Origin: an uncultured Bacteroides sp.
GTDB taxonomy: Bacteria > Bacillota > Clostridia > Christensenellales > CAG-917
Length of the DNA stretch: 64,000 bases
Direction: 5' to 3'
Assembly (NCBI GenBank): GCA_964644355.1
Contig: CAZXUW010000002.1
Span: 41,254 to 105,253 of the forward strand
Shown: positions 1 through 8,298 of the stretch, in pieces
Layout of the letters: every line of letters starts with the position of its first letter
Position numbering within the stretch: the stretch's first letter is position 1
The notes under the pieces: model-generated
The model's database searches: none
What the model was told of the DNA's origin: nothing
Seen by the model: the letters and a program-made list of their open reading frames with translations, nothing else
Made by a program: the position numbers and the translations under genes

Positions 1-156
1 CAAATGCAAATGCCTTTTTAAGCACTTCACGCAAAGTATCCTCACTCATCAAGCCGTGAGAGGGCATCTCTCTTGAGCTTGAAAGCGAATTGTAAAAACA
101 ATATTTGCAACGCAAATTGCAATTGGATGAGGCGGGTTTGAGCATTATGCTTATAT

Positions 157-1101
157 TCATTGCTCCTCTCCTTCCTCTTGCAAATCGCACACCACGTCAT
201 AACCGCAAGTGAGGTTGACAGCATTGCGAATTGCACCCTCTGTGGCTTTGACGACGGCAGATTGAAGCATTGCCAAATTTGCAACAGGCTTTCTTCCGCT
301 TGCCATACAAAACATAGTATCTCCGTCATACATCGTATGCACCGGGCGAATCGCTCTTGCAAGCCCGTTATGCGAAATGCTCGCAAGCAAATTTGCCTCG
401 ACTTTTGTGAGTTTTGCATCCGTCAAAATACAGCCTATCGTGGTGTTTGTACCAAGCAAAAGCTTGGAAATATCACCCTCTGCAAGTATTTTTTCCGTGT
501 CTACAAACGCTCCGTTTTTGCCCTTGGCTCCTGCCAAAATCTTGCCGTTTTCATCAACGACGTCACCCATCGCATTGACTGCAACCACTGCCGTGACGTT
601 GACGCCCAGCACCTTAATCGTGTATGCTCCTATACCGCTCTTGCAGGCATTTTTCACACCTCTAATCTTCCCGACAGTAGCACCTCTACCGGCACCGACA
701 TTGCCAAAAGATGGGGTTTTATCCGCATTTTTGCACGCATAAAGTCCGTATTCTGCAGTTGGATAATGATATTCTTTTTGATTGAGATCATACAAAACCG
801 CACTTGAAACAATGGGCACCACCTTGCCCATACTCTTGTATCCAACGCCCTTTTCTTTGAGGTATTCCATAACACCGCAAGAGGCACCAAGTCCATATGC
901 AGAACCGCCCGAAAGCACCACTGCATTTATCTTGGGCATCATTTTTTCATTGTGCAAAAGATCCGTCTCACGAGTGCCGGGAGCACCGCCTCTGCAGTCC
1001 ACTCCGCCAACCGCACCGTGCTCGGCAAGGATGACGCTTACGCCTGTATACTCGTCCTCATAATGTCCTATCTTAAAACCGTATGGTATTGAAATTTGCA
1101 T
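157..1101 (-). CDS. P1-family (DmpA/S58-type) aminopeptidase
   Basis: ORF 157..1137. Motifs GFKIGHYEDEYTGVSVIL, GGAPGTRETDLL and LSGGSAYGL are typical of DmpA/S58 Ntn-hydrolase peptidases. Start moved to ATG 1101, which has GAGGGTG 8 nt upstream; the ORF-track start has no RBS. Confidence 0.8.
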   Translation of the reverse strand: MQISIPYGFKIGHYEDEYTGVSVILAEHGAVGGVDCRGGAPGTRETDLLHNEKMMPKINAVVLSGGSAYGLGASCGVMEYLKEKGVGYKSMGKVVPIVSSAVLYDLNQKEYHYPTAEYGLYACKNADKTPSFGNVGAGRGATVGKIRGVKNACKSGIGAYTIKVLGVNVTAVVAVNAMGDVVDENGKILAGAKGKNGAFVDTEKILAEGDISKLLLGTNTTIGCILTDAKLTKVEANLLASISHNGLARAIRPVHTMYDGDTMFCMASGRKPVANLAMLQSAVVKATEGAIRNAVNLTCGYDVVCDLQEEGEEQ

Positions 1102-1127
1102 TGTGCCACACCCTCTAATATTGTTGA

Positions 1128-2051
1128 TTATTCGCATAAATCGTCTATGCTCGTTTGGTGATATATGATGAATTTGTCAAAGAAATCGGCAATATCCTTT
1201 TGTGCCTTTTCTTGACAACAGTCATAATAGACCTCGTGCCTTGCTCCCTCATACAAGTGCATCTCCACCATAATGCCATTCTGCTCATACATCTTGGCAA
1301 GGCGTTTGACACCTCTGCCGTTTTGCCCGACCATATCGTCCGTACCCGAGAATATGCCGATTGCGGTTGTGGGATTGAGTTTTGCTTGAGCCTTCTTGCT
1401 ATACAGCTTTGACACCTCACTCATCATATAAAAGTCAAAACCGATGGACATATTTTGATGTGCAAGCGGATCGGCTAGCACCTTTTCTCTCTCCTCTCTT
1501 ACGCTGTTCACCCACTGATATTTTCCGCTATCACCCTTGAAAGAGATGTTGTCACTTATTGTATTGACAAACTTCGGTCTCCAATTTCTTGCAAGCAAGA
1601 ATATCGGTGCGAGTGCAACTTTGCCGAGGTTGAACAGATCACGCATATGCCCTGATCCTAGCAATGCAATTGCTTTGATGTCGGTGCCCTGCTGTGCGAT
1701 TGCCTGTGCCAAAAAACTGCCATAGCTGTGTCCAAGCAAAAAAATCGGCAAATCATATTTTTCCTTGAGCCAATCTCTGAAAAACAACTCATCACTCAAA
1801 GTTTTCTTGAAAATATTGCCGGGATGATTGCCTCTTGTCTCGTCCGTTTCAGTGAGTCCGTGTGCACGGTGGTCGTCGGCAAAAACGATATATCCTCTTG
1901 AATTGAGATAGCGTGCAAAGCGGTCATATCGTCCTGCATACTCACTCATTCCGTGCAGAAGCTGAATGACGCCCTTTGCATCCTGAACATCATCCCACAA
2001 TCTGCAATAAATCTCTACGCCGTCAAAGCTTTTCAGTCTAAACTCTCTCAT
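1128..2051 (-). CDS. alpha/beta hydrolase (lysophospholipase / monoacylglycerol-lipase-like)
   Basis: 307-aa ORF with HGMSEYAGRY (oxyanion region), a GHSYGS nucleophile elbow (GxSxG) and a C-terminal GARHE His motif. Confidence 0.8.
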   Translation of the reverse strand: MREFRLKSFDGVEIYCRLWDDVQDAKGVIQLLHGMSEYAGRYDRFARYLNSRGYIVFADDHRAHGLTETDETRGNHPGNIFKKTLSDELFFRDWLKEKYDLPIFLLGHSYGSFLAQAIAQQGTDIKAIALLGSGHMRDLFNLGKVALAPIFLLARNWRPKFVNTISDNISFKGDSGKYQWVNSVREEREKVLADPLAHQNMSIGFDFYMMSEVSKLYSKKAQAKLNPTTAIGIFSGTDDMVGQNGRGVKRLAKMYEQNGIMVEMHLYEGARHEVYYDCCQEKAQKDIADFFDKFIIYHQTSIDDLCE

Positions 2052-2230
2052 TGTGTTCCTCTCAAGTGCGAAGCGGATGCTTCATCAAAAAATATTATAT
2101 ACGCAAACTGCTTATTTTTCAATACCCTATACAATAGTTTTTTGTATAAAATAACGCATTTATTTGCACAAACGCCCCTTAAATACAACTTCACATCACA
2201 ATAAAGTGCCGATTGAAGCCAAAAAACCAT

Positions 2231-2258
2231 TTACATATGCCAAAAGCAATGTTACAAT
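2231..2258 (+). promoter_or_regulatory. putative thiN promoter (TTACAT -35-like, extended -10 TGtTACAAT)
   Basis: TGTTACAAT at 2250-2258 ends 6 nt before the thiN ATG. There is no Shine-Dalgarno in between. Confidence 0.35.
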
Positions 2259-2264
2259 ACTTGT

Positions 2265-2867
2265 ATGAAAGTTGCTATTATTTTGAATTGCGGAACGCCC
2301 ATCAAACGCAAAATCAAGGGCGATAAAATTGTATGCTGTGACGGCGGTTATGCCGTGTGTCCCGTTGAGCCTGACGTCATTTTGGGTGACTTCGACTCTC
2401 TTGAAAAGCCAACGGATATTGCAATCCCCATCGTCGAGCACGACACCCACAAGGACGCAAGCGACGGCGAGCTTGCCGTATACTACGCAAAGGAAGTGCT
2501 TGGTGCAGACGAGATTGTGTTGTATGGCGTTACGGGCGGTCGCATAGATCACATGCTTTGCAATCTTGCTATCATGCGACTTGCAAAGACGCTAGGAATG
2601 AAGGTCAAAGCGGAGGACGACGGGATTGACATATACTTTGCCGACGGTGACTTGGACGTGCAAACGCAAAAGGGTGAGATTATCTCCATTCTCCCCTACG
2701 GCGAAAACGCACTTGTCACAAACTCTCAAAATCTCGAATACCCCCTTGACAATCTCCTTCTCAAAACCTCAGATTCAAGAGGATTGAGCAACGTATCTTT
2801 GGGCGGAAAAGTACACATATCAGTGGCACTCGGCTCTGTATTTTTGTTCCGTCACATAAAATTTTGA
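2265..2867 (+). CDS. thiN: thiamine diphosphokinase
   Basis: 200 aa with GDFDS, KDASDGELA and GGRIDH motifs and the C-terminal thiamine-binding beta domain pattern of TPK. Confidence 0.85.
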   Translation: MKVAIILNCGTPIKRKIKGDKIVCCDGGYAVCPVEPDVILGDFDSLEKPTDIAIPIVEHDTHKDASDGELAVYYAKEVLGADEIVLYGVTGGRIDHMLCNLAIMRLAKTLGMKVKAEDDGIDIYFADGDLDVQTQKGEIISILPYGENALVTNSQNLEYPLDNLLLKTSDSRGLSNVSLGGKVHISVALGSVFLFRHIKF

Positions 2868-2970
2868 AAATTTATAAAAATTTTTCCAAAAATACCCAAT
2901 AAAAACGATGTTGCGTTTGTATATATTATGAAAAACAAAAATAATTCATCGTTTTTTACCTTTCTAAATC

Positions 2971-2996
2971 AAAAGCCTCGGTCATCCGAGGCTTTT
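2971..2996. terminator. bidirectional intrinsic terminator between convergent thiN and thiT
   Basis: AAAAGCCTCGG-tcat-CCGAGGCTTTT hairpin flanked by A and T runs. Confidence 0.65.
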
Positions 2997-3016
2997 AATT
3001 TTGCTTTGATTGCTAT

Positions 3017-3790
3017 TTATTTTTCACTTTCGTCATCCTCACTGTTTTGCTGATTTTGGATGATTTGCAAATCTATCTCGTCAAGGTCGTCCTCTTGCGA
3101 ATACTCTTGCTCAATACCACTTGCTTTTTCAATGTTTGAAGACTTTTGCATCGCATTTCTAAAGCTTTTTGAGGCAAAGAGCATACCTCCGCAAGCAAGG
3201 GCAATTGCCATATCCACAAGCGTAAAGGCGTTGTACGCAAAGCTGTATGCGGTGACGGTGGCGTATGAATTTAGGTCAGCATAGCTTGCAAAGGCAAACA
3301 CTCCCGTGCATACGTGGCATAGATAACGCAAGATGACCGAGGTCACTCCGCCCAGCATAAAGGCAAGCACCTTTTTGTTTTTGAAAACACCCTTTTCCAC
3401 AAATATACCGCTCACGCCTATAAGTCCAAAAGCGAGCGGATAGTCCAGCAAAAACTGCATTGGATGGATTATGTACGGATCTTGAAGTGCTTGGAGAATG
3501 CCATAAATCACGCAAACCACAACTCCACGCCTTGTACCGAACATACAGCAATAAATCATGAGTGGCAACAGGCTTGCAAAAGTTACCGAACCGCCCTGCG
3601 GAAGTCTAAATATGCGAGCATATGAAAGTGCAAAAGATAGAGCTATTGAGATTGCACCGTACACGATAGTTTTTGTGTTGTCAAAGTGTTTTTTGTTGCC
3701 AAGGATAAAAAATGCGACAAGAAGTACACTTGCGATCACCCCCGACACGATCAATCCGATGAGATTTATCGACATGTCTTCGTTTCCCAT
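3017..3790 (-). CDS. thiT: thiamine transporter ThiT (ECF S-component type)
   Basis: 257-aa polytopic membrane protein sitting directly behind a TPP riboswitch. AGGAGG lies 8 nt upstream of the ATG. It has an acidic C-terminal tail. Confidence 0.75.
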   Translation of the reverse strand: MGNEDMSINLIGLIVSGVIASVLLVAFFILGNKKHFDNTKTIVYGAISIALSFALSYARIFRLPQGGSVTFASLLPLMIYCCMFGTRRGVVVCVIYGILQALQDPYIIHPMQFLLDYPLAFGLIGVSGIFVEKGVFKNKKVLAFMLGGVTSVILRYLCHVCTGVFAFASYADLNSYATVTAYSFAYNAFTLVDMAIALACGGMLFASKSFRNAMQKSSNIEKASGIEQEYSQEDDLDEIDLQIIQNQQNSEDDESEK

Positions 3791-3796
3791 AAAAAA

Positions 3797-3945
3797 AGCC
3801 TCCTGTGCCTAGGAGAACTTGAAAAGGGATTATGCACAACAACTGCAACGAACACACACGCTACGTTGCAAAATTTTGCTTCCTTACGCGAGGATTATCT
3901 CACAAGTTAAAGGGTATCATCTCAGCTTCACAGCACCCCTAGCAT
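3797..3945 (-). promoter_or_regulatory. TPP (THI-box) riboswitch with an SD-sequestering expression platform
   Basis: The minus strand reads GCUAGGGGUGC..GCUGAGA..ACCCUUUAAC..GAGAUAAUCCUCGCGUAAGGAA (aptamer about 3879-3943). Downstream, CUCCU-aggcac-AGGAG pairs with the thiT SD. Confidence 0.8.
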
Positions 3946-4078
3946 CTTTATTGTACACGCCATCGTTTACGCTGTCAACGACTTTTTTGATTTTGCGACA
4001 AAGTGTTGATTTTGCTTTTGCTTGACTTAATATGCAATTAGTATTATATTTTTGTTATCAACCAAGGAGAGATAATAT

Positions 4079-4738
4079 ATGAAATTCAAAAAGCCTGAAC
4101 TTAAGCTCCTCAAAGAGTTTAAGGCGTTTATCACCAAAGGCAACGTTGTCGATCTTGCCGTTGGTATGATTGTCGGTGCAGCATTCACTGCAATCGTAAC
4201 CGCACTTGTGAACAACATCTTCAAACCGCTCATCGGTGCAATCCCAATGGGTGACATCGAAGGTCTCATCACAATGCTCGTGGCAAAAAATGCCGACGGT
4301 TTGACGCTTGCACAGTGCCAAGCTCAAGGCGTGGAATTTGTGACTGACCTCACAAAATCCGTATATATCGACTGGGGTGCATTCTTGATGGCTATCATCA
4401 ACTTCTTTATCACCGCACTTGTGCTGTTTGCACTCGTAAAACTCATCAATATGGTGCGCGGCGGATTTACAGGGCTCAAGAGAGACACGCAATTCCTCGC
4501 ATCTCTCACCGATGAAGAAAAAGCAACCATCAAAGGCAGGACCGCAACAAAGAAAGAGTTGCGTGCAATCAAAGCCACTCGTGATGCAAAGCAAGCCGAA
4601 GAAGAAGCAAAAGCTCTTGCAATCGCAGAGGCAAACAGACCGGAAACCGCAGAGGAATTGCTCAGCCAAATCCGTGATTTGCTCAAAGCACAACAAGCCG
4701 ACAAGGCTCAAGCATTGCTTGAGGACAACAAGGACTAA
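4079..4738 (+). CDS. mscL: large-conductance mechanosensitive channel, long form
   Basis: N-terminus KEFKAFITKGNVVDLAVGMIVGAAFTAIV is the canonical MscL TM1. At 219 aa it has a longer loop and a Lys/Glu/Ala-rich C-terminal tail. RBS is AAGGAG. Confidence 0.9.
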   Translation: MKFKKPELKLLKEFKAFITKGNVVDLAVGMIVGAAFTAIVTALVNNIFKPLIGAIPMGDIEGLITMLVAKNADGLTLAQCQAQGVEFVTDLTKSVYIDWGAFLMAIINFFITALVLFALVKLINMVRGGFTGLKRDTQFLASLTDEEKATIKGRTATKKELRAIKATRDAKQAEEEAKALAIAEANRPETAEELLSQIRDLLKAQQADKAQALLEDNKD

Positions 4739-4757
4739 ACTTGATTTATCACTCAAA

Positions 4758-4786
4758 ATCCACCGACGTGCTCGGTGGATTTTTTT
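4758..4786 (+). terminator. intrinsic terminator of mscL
   Basis: ATCCACCGA-cgtgc-TCGGTGGAT (9-bp stem) followed by TTTTTT. Confidence 0.85.
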
Positions 4787-4845
4787 GTGCGGCAAAAGTT
4801 TTTGCAAGAGTCAACATATCTAGCTTTGAGTGCAAAAAGTGGATA

Positions 4846-4874
4846 TTGCAACCAAACAAATTATGATATATAAT
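4846..4874 (+). promoter_or_regulatory. putative sigma-A promoter of the DUF4062-like gene
   Basis: TTGCAA, a 17-nt spacer, then TATAAT. This implies a ~130-nt leader before ATG 5013. Confidence 0.5.
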
Positions 4875-5012
4875 TGATATGGAATAATATTTTCTCAAAA
4901 CAAAAAAATGCTGTAAAATATACATAGAATTCCCAAAACGAGCATTGACTCCACGTTGATTCGACGTATGTGGCATTGTATACTTTTATTGTAAAAACCA
5001 AACGGAGGAAAA

Positions 5013-8000
5013 ATGAAAAAAACTCTTACATCTTTTAGACATGCCACAGCTTTTATATCCTCAACTTTTGCAGATATGAAGGAGGAGCGAAATTTGATGA
5101 CCTACAACGTTCTGCCCCGCATAAAAAAATGGGCGTTTGATAGAGGCATCATTTTTGACGTTGTCGATTTGAGATGGGGCATAAACGACGAGCAAGCGAA
5201 CGACTTGCACCACACAATAAAACTCTGCCTAAAAAACGTGAAGGACTCCGATCCTATTTTTATTTGCTTCCTTGGCGAAAGATACGGTTGGATCCCTCCC
5301 TTTGAGGATTTCAATCAAAGCATGTTTGACAAAAACATCGACCGCTACAAAAACCTCTCCGCAACCGAGCTTGAAATCGTTGAGGCACTTGAGGGCGCCA
5401 TACTTGGCTCAACACCAAAATCATGCATGTTTTTGATGCGTGAAAGTCTGTCACTTAAGGACGTTCCCGATGATATAAGGCAAGTGTATAAAGATGATGC
5501 GAACTCCCATCGTCTGCAAAGTTTGAAGAACTCCATAAAGGAGAGGGATGGGATTTTTTCACAGGACTATTCGGCAAAATTCAACCACAAAAACGACGAG
5601 TATTATCTTGATGATTTTGTGTCAAACGGCACGCCTCTTGAGGACGTCATATTTGAAAATTTGACAAAGCTCTTGACTGAAAAATATGACGTGAGCGATG
5701 AGGACGTCACCTTCTTTGACGACGTACTTACACGTCAGCGTTTCCATCAAAAAGAGCTTATGCGGTACCCTATGGATACACGCCATCAAAGCACGCTCAA
5801 CGAGTTTTTGGACACGACTTTGGACTTTTCCATAACGCCGATAGGCACACCTCACAACAGTGCGATTTTCAGCCAAATTTCGCATTTCATAGAGGCTCAA
5901 AAGCAAGTGAAAAATCAAGACGTAATTTACAGATTTTGGGGTTTAAGTATGCAAATCAACAGCGTAAACGACCTAATCTGCTCACTTGCATATGAATTTA
6001 GCAATGACAAACAACACTTGAATCACCCCATAGAATCTTTGCTTTATTTGAAAAATCATCTTGAAAACGCAACAAGAAAAACACTGCTAGTGATAGCCGG
6101 CATACCTTACAAAATCATGCCCGATTTACGCAATATCGTCTTGGGACTTAAGTGGACAAAGATGCTTGTGTTTTATGATACGGGAGATTTTACACCCGTC
6201 GAATTGAGCATTGACAACGATGACATTTCCTTTAGAAAGCTTGCAAAATTTATGTTTGAGAAAAAGGCAAAATTCCTGACCGAAGCACAGCTAGACAAGG
6301 TGTTGCAGGCAGCCCAAAGAGATTATTCAACACTCAAAATAATCGCTGATTATCTATGCAATTTTGCTCAATACGAGACGCTTGATAGCTTGATAGATTC
6401 CCTTGCAAATCTTGACGTTTCAAACATAGCAAAGTTGTATATAGCAAGTCTTTGCAAGGTGCAAAACGCTCACGTGCTAAATGGCATTATGGGTGACGTT
6501 ATTGAGATTTTGTGCAACTCTCCGCTCCCCCTTTCACAGCAAGATATTGTGGATAGCATTTGCCTTGAAAGAGGTGTGGTCAATCCCTCAAAAATTTCAC
6601 AAATCGACAAGGAAGTTGCATTCTCATTGCGTTTTGCGTCAAGCCTAATTGACGAGTACAATTCTCGCTTCAAAATAAACGACGAGATTGTAAAGACGCT
6701 TGTTATGTTTGATGAGGACACGACGCAAGAAGCGCCCTATTGCTTTATCCCCAAAGAGAGCAATCTCATACTGTCATTGAGGCAAGTGTATATCAATAGA
6801 CTCAAGGACAAAAATGCGCCGTTCAATGAATGTGACGCACACAATCTGCTTGAAATAATCAAGGATTATTCGGACGGGGATCTCAAGCAGGATTTTACCA
6901 TAAGCGTTCTATATGACACAAAAACGTTCTACAAGCTTGCAAAAGCACTTGGCAAAAATCACCTTGTGGATCTATTCAAAACTTTCACAATGCAGACGCT
7001 GGGTATGGACGTTGACTCCTACTTTGTTGGAGAGATGAACCGCATCTGGCACAACGAAAACGACTCTTTGGACTTTGCAAACGCAATTATGCAAGAGAAG
7101 ATTTTTTCCACCGCAAAAACACTACACTCCGACAATATATTTATGCAATACTACCTTGCCGTGCAGAAAATCAATGCGGACTCGCTTGAGAGTGCAGAGC
7201 ATTTTGAAAAGGCTCTAGCACTTGCGCTGTCGGTCGATGGCGGATGCCACAAGATTGCACTCCCAGCCTCTTTGGACGTCTCAAAAGGCAACTGCTGTGC
7301 GTATACTATATTTGATCCATACGCAAAATCATACGCAAACTTTTACGGCGTTTGCACGGACGGTTTTTTGATTATCCTAAACGTGTGGACGGGTGAAATG
7401 GTGACTGCCTTTGCCCTCCCGCGTGACCTTGGCAATATCGCATGCGTTTTCTATCAAGAACACACCATTCACATCGTATATGAAAAAGGGGTTATTTGCT
7501 TTGTCAATCTATGGTCAAAGCAGATGAATATGTATAGAATTTTGCCGGAAAACATAGACGTAAACACCTTTGAAAACTACTATTCAAACGGTTGCCAAGT
7601 GGCTGTTGCAGACAATAGACGCATTGTTTTATTTGATGGTGCAAGAGTTTCAAACGACATAACGTTTGCTCCAAACATGAGCGTGCTCTCGGCATACGGA
7701 CTCAACGCAAACAAGGGCAAATTCACAAAAGTGTGCATAATCGCAAAGGATGAAAATGACAATCATTTCCTCTATAGCGTGGATATGCAAGCGCATAAAA
7801 TCATAGATCAAAGCTATTTCCCAAGCAAGCAAGTTGAATCAAGCGTGCAAGATGAAAATGCAAACGACCTCTATATTCACTTTTCAGACGGCACGTCCTG
7901 TGTTGCGATGTTTGATGAGAATGGCAATTTTGACGTATATAATACGCCCGACAGGTGCATGTACAGCCTAAAAGACGTTTACAAAATCACGCAAGACGGT

Positions 8001-8129
8001 GACGATATCAAATATAACGGCAAGCAAATTGCAAGCAACAAAGGTGTGAAATGCTGTTTTTCATCACGTAGCTTGATTGCCGTCCTGACAAGTGACAACA
8101 CTCTCTACTGCATCGACAACGGCTATTGA
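5013..8129 (+). CDS. DUF4062-like N-terminal domain / degenerate STAND-like helical core / beta-propeller-like C-terminus
   Basis: 1038-aa ORF with GGAGG RBS. N-terminal motifs are FISSTFADMKEERN, VDLRWGI, FLGERYGWIPP and SATELEIVEAL. There is no GK[ST] P-loop. The C-terminal ~280 aa shows about 7 strand-block repeats. Confidence 0.8.
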   Translation: MKKTLTSFRHATAFISSTFADMKEERNLMTYNVLPRIKKWAFDRGIIFDVVDLRWGINDEQANDLHHTIKLCLKNVKDSDPIFICFLGERYGWIPPFEDFNQSMFDKNIDRYKNLSATELEIVEALEGAILGSTPKSCMFLMRESLSLKDVPDDIRQVYKDDANSHRLQSLKNSIKERDGIFSQDYSAKFNHKNDEYYLDDFVSNGTPLEDVIFENLTKLLTEKYDVSDEDVTFFDDVLTRQRFHQKELMRYPMDTRHQSTLNEFLDTTLDFSITPIGTPHNSAIFSQISHFIEAQKQVKNQDVIYRFWGLSMQINSVNDLICSLAYEFSNDKQHLNHPIESLLYLKNHLENATRKTLLVIAGIPYKIMPDLRNIVLGLKWTKMLVFYDTGDFTPVELSIDNDDISFRKLAKFMFEKKAKFLTEAQLDKVLQAAQRDYSTLKIIADYLCNFAQYETLDSLIDSLANLDVSNIAKLYIASLCKVQNAHVLNGIMGDVIEILCNSPLPLSQQDIVDSICLERGVVNPSKISQIDKEVAFSLRFASSLIDEYNSRFKINDEIVKTLVMFDEDTTQEAPYCFIPKESNLILSLRQVYINRLKDKNAPFNECDAHNLLEIIKDYSDGDLKQDFTISVLYDTKTFYKLAKALGKNHLVDLFKTFTMQTLGMDVDSYFVGEMNRIWHNENDSLDFANAIMQEKIFSTAKTLHSDNIFMQYYLAVQKINADSLESAEHFEKALALALSVDGGCHKIALPASLDVSKGNCCAYTIFDPYAKSYANFYGVCTDGFLIILNVWTGEMVTAFALPRDLGNIACVFYQEHTIHIVYEKGVICFVNLWSKQMNMYRILPENIDVNTFENYYSNGCQVAVADNRRIVLFDGARVSNDITFAPNMSVLSAYGLNANKGKFTKVCIIAKDENDNHFLYSVDMQAHKIIDQSYFPSKQVESSVQDENANDLYIHFSDGTSCVAMFDENGNFDVYNTPDRCMYSLKDVYKITQDGDDIKYNGKQIASNKGVKCCFSSRSLIAVLTSDNTLYCIDNGY

Positions 8130-8160
8130 TAAGCATATATAACAATCAAAAAGCATTTTT

Positions 8161-8187
8161 AGGCAATCGCAAAAAAAGCGGTTGCCT
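8161..8187 (+). terminator. stem-loop downstream of the DUF4062-like gene (no U tract)
   Basis: AGGCAATCGC-aaaaaaa-GCGGTTGCCT, a 10-bp stem with one G-U pair. It lacks a T run on either strand, so terminator function is uncertain. Confidence 0.35.
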
Positions 8188-8205
8188 TAAAAAATCATTA
8201 GATTA

Positions 8206-8214
8206 TGCTATAAT
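8206..8214 (+). promoter_or_regulatory. extended -10 element (TGCTATAAT) for the antiporter gene
   Basis: TGnTATAAT consensus match. Its position argues against the ORF-track start at 8218. Confidence 0.45.
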
Positions 8215-8298
8215 CTAATGAACACTATTGACTTTGCATTAAAAACATGTTACTCTTGTATCGATTTTTACATCAATTTCTATAGAGAGGAAATATAT

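Noticed and set aside
1-49. Possible start of another minus-strand gene at the window edge (ATG at 49-47, MSEDTLREVLKKAFAF...)
   Set aside because: Only 16 codons are visible and there is no convincing SD upstream, so it cannot be supported from this window.
42-419. 125-aa minus-strand ORF overlapping the 3-prime end of the S58 peptidase gene
   Set aside because: It is out of frame within a well-supported gene and has no RBS.
4058-4807. 249-aa minus-strand ORF fully antisense to mscL, and longer than mscL itself
   Set aside because: It has no RBS, a Cys/Leu/Phe-rich low-complexity translation, and runs straight through the mscL terminator. mscL itself has canonical motifs. This is most likely a frame left open by the codon composition of the sense gene.
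8218-8298. ORF-track N-terminal extension of the antiporter (MNTIDFALKTCYSC...)
   Set aside because: A TGCTATAAT -10 element sits at 8206-8214, so the transcript probably starts at or after 8218. The extension has no RBS, whereas ATG 8299 does.
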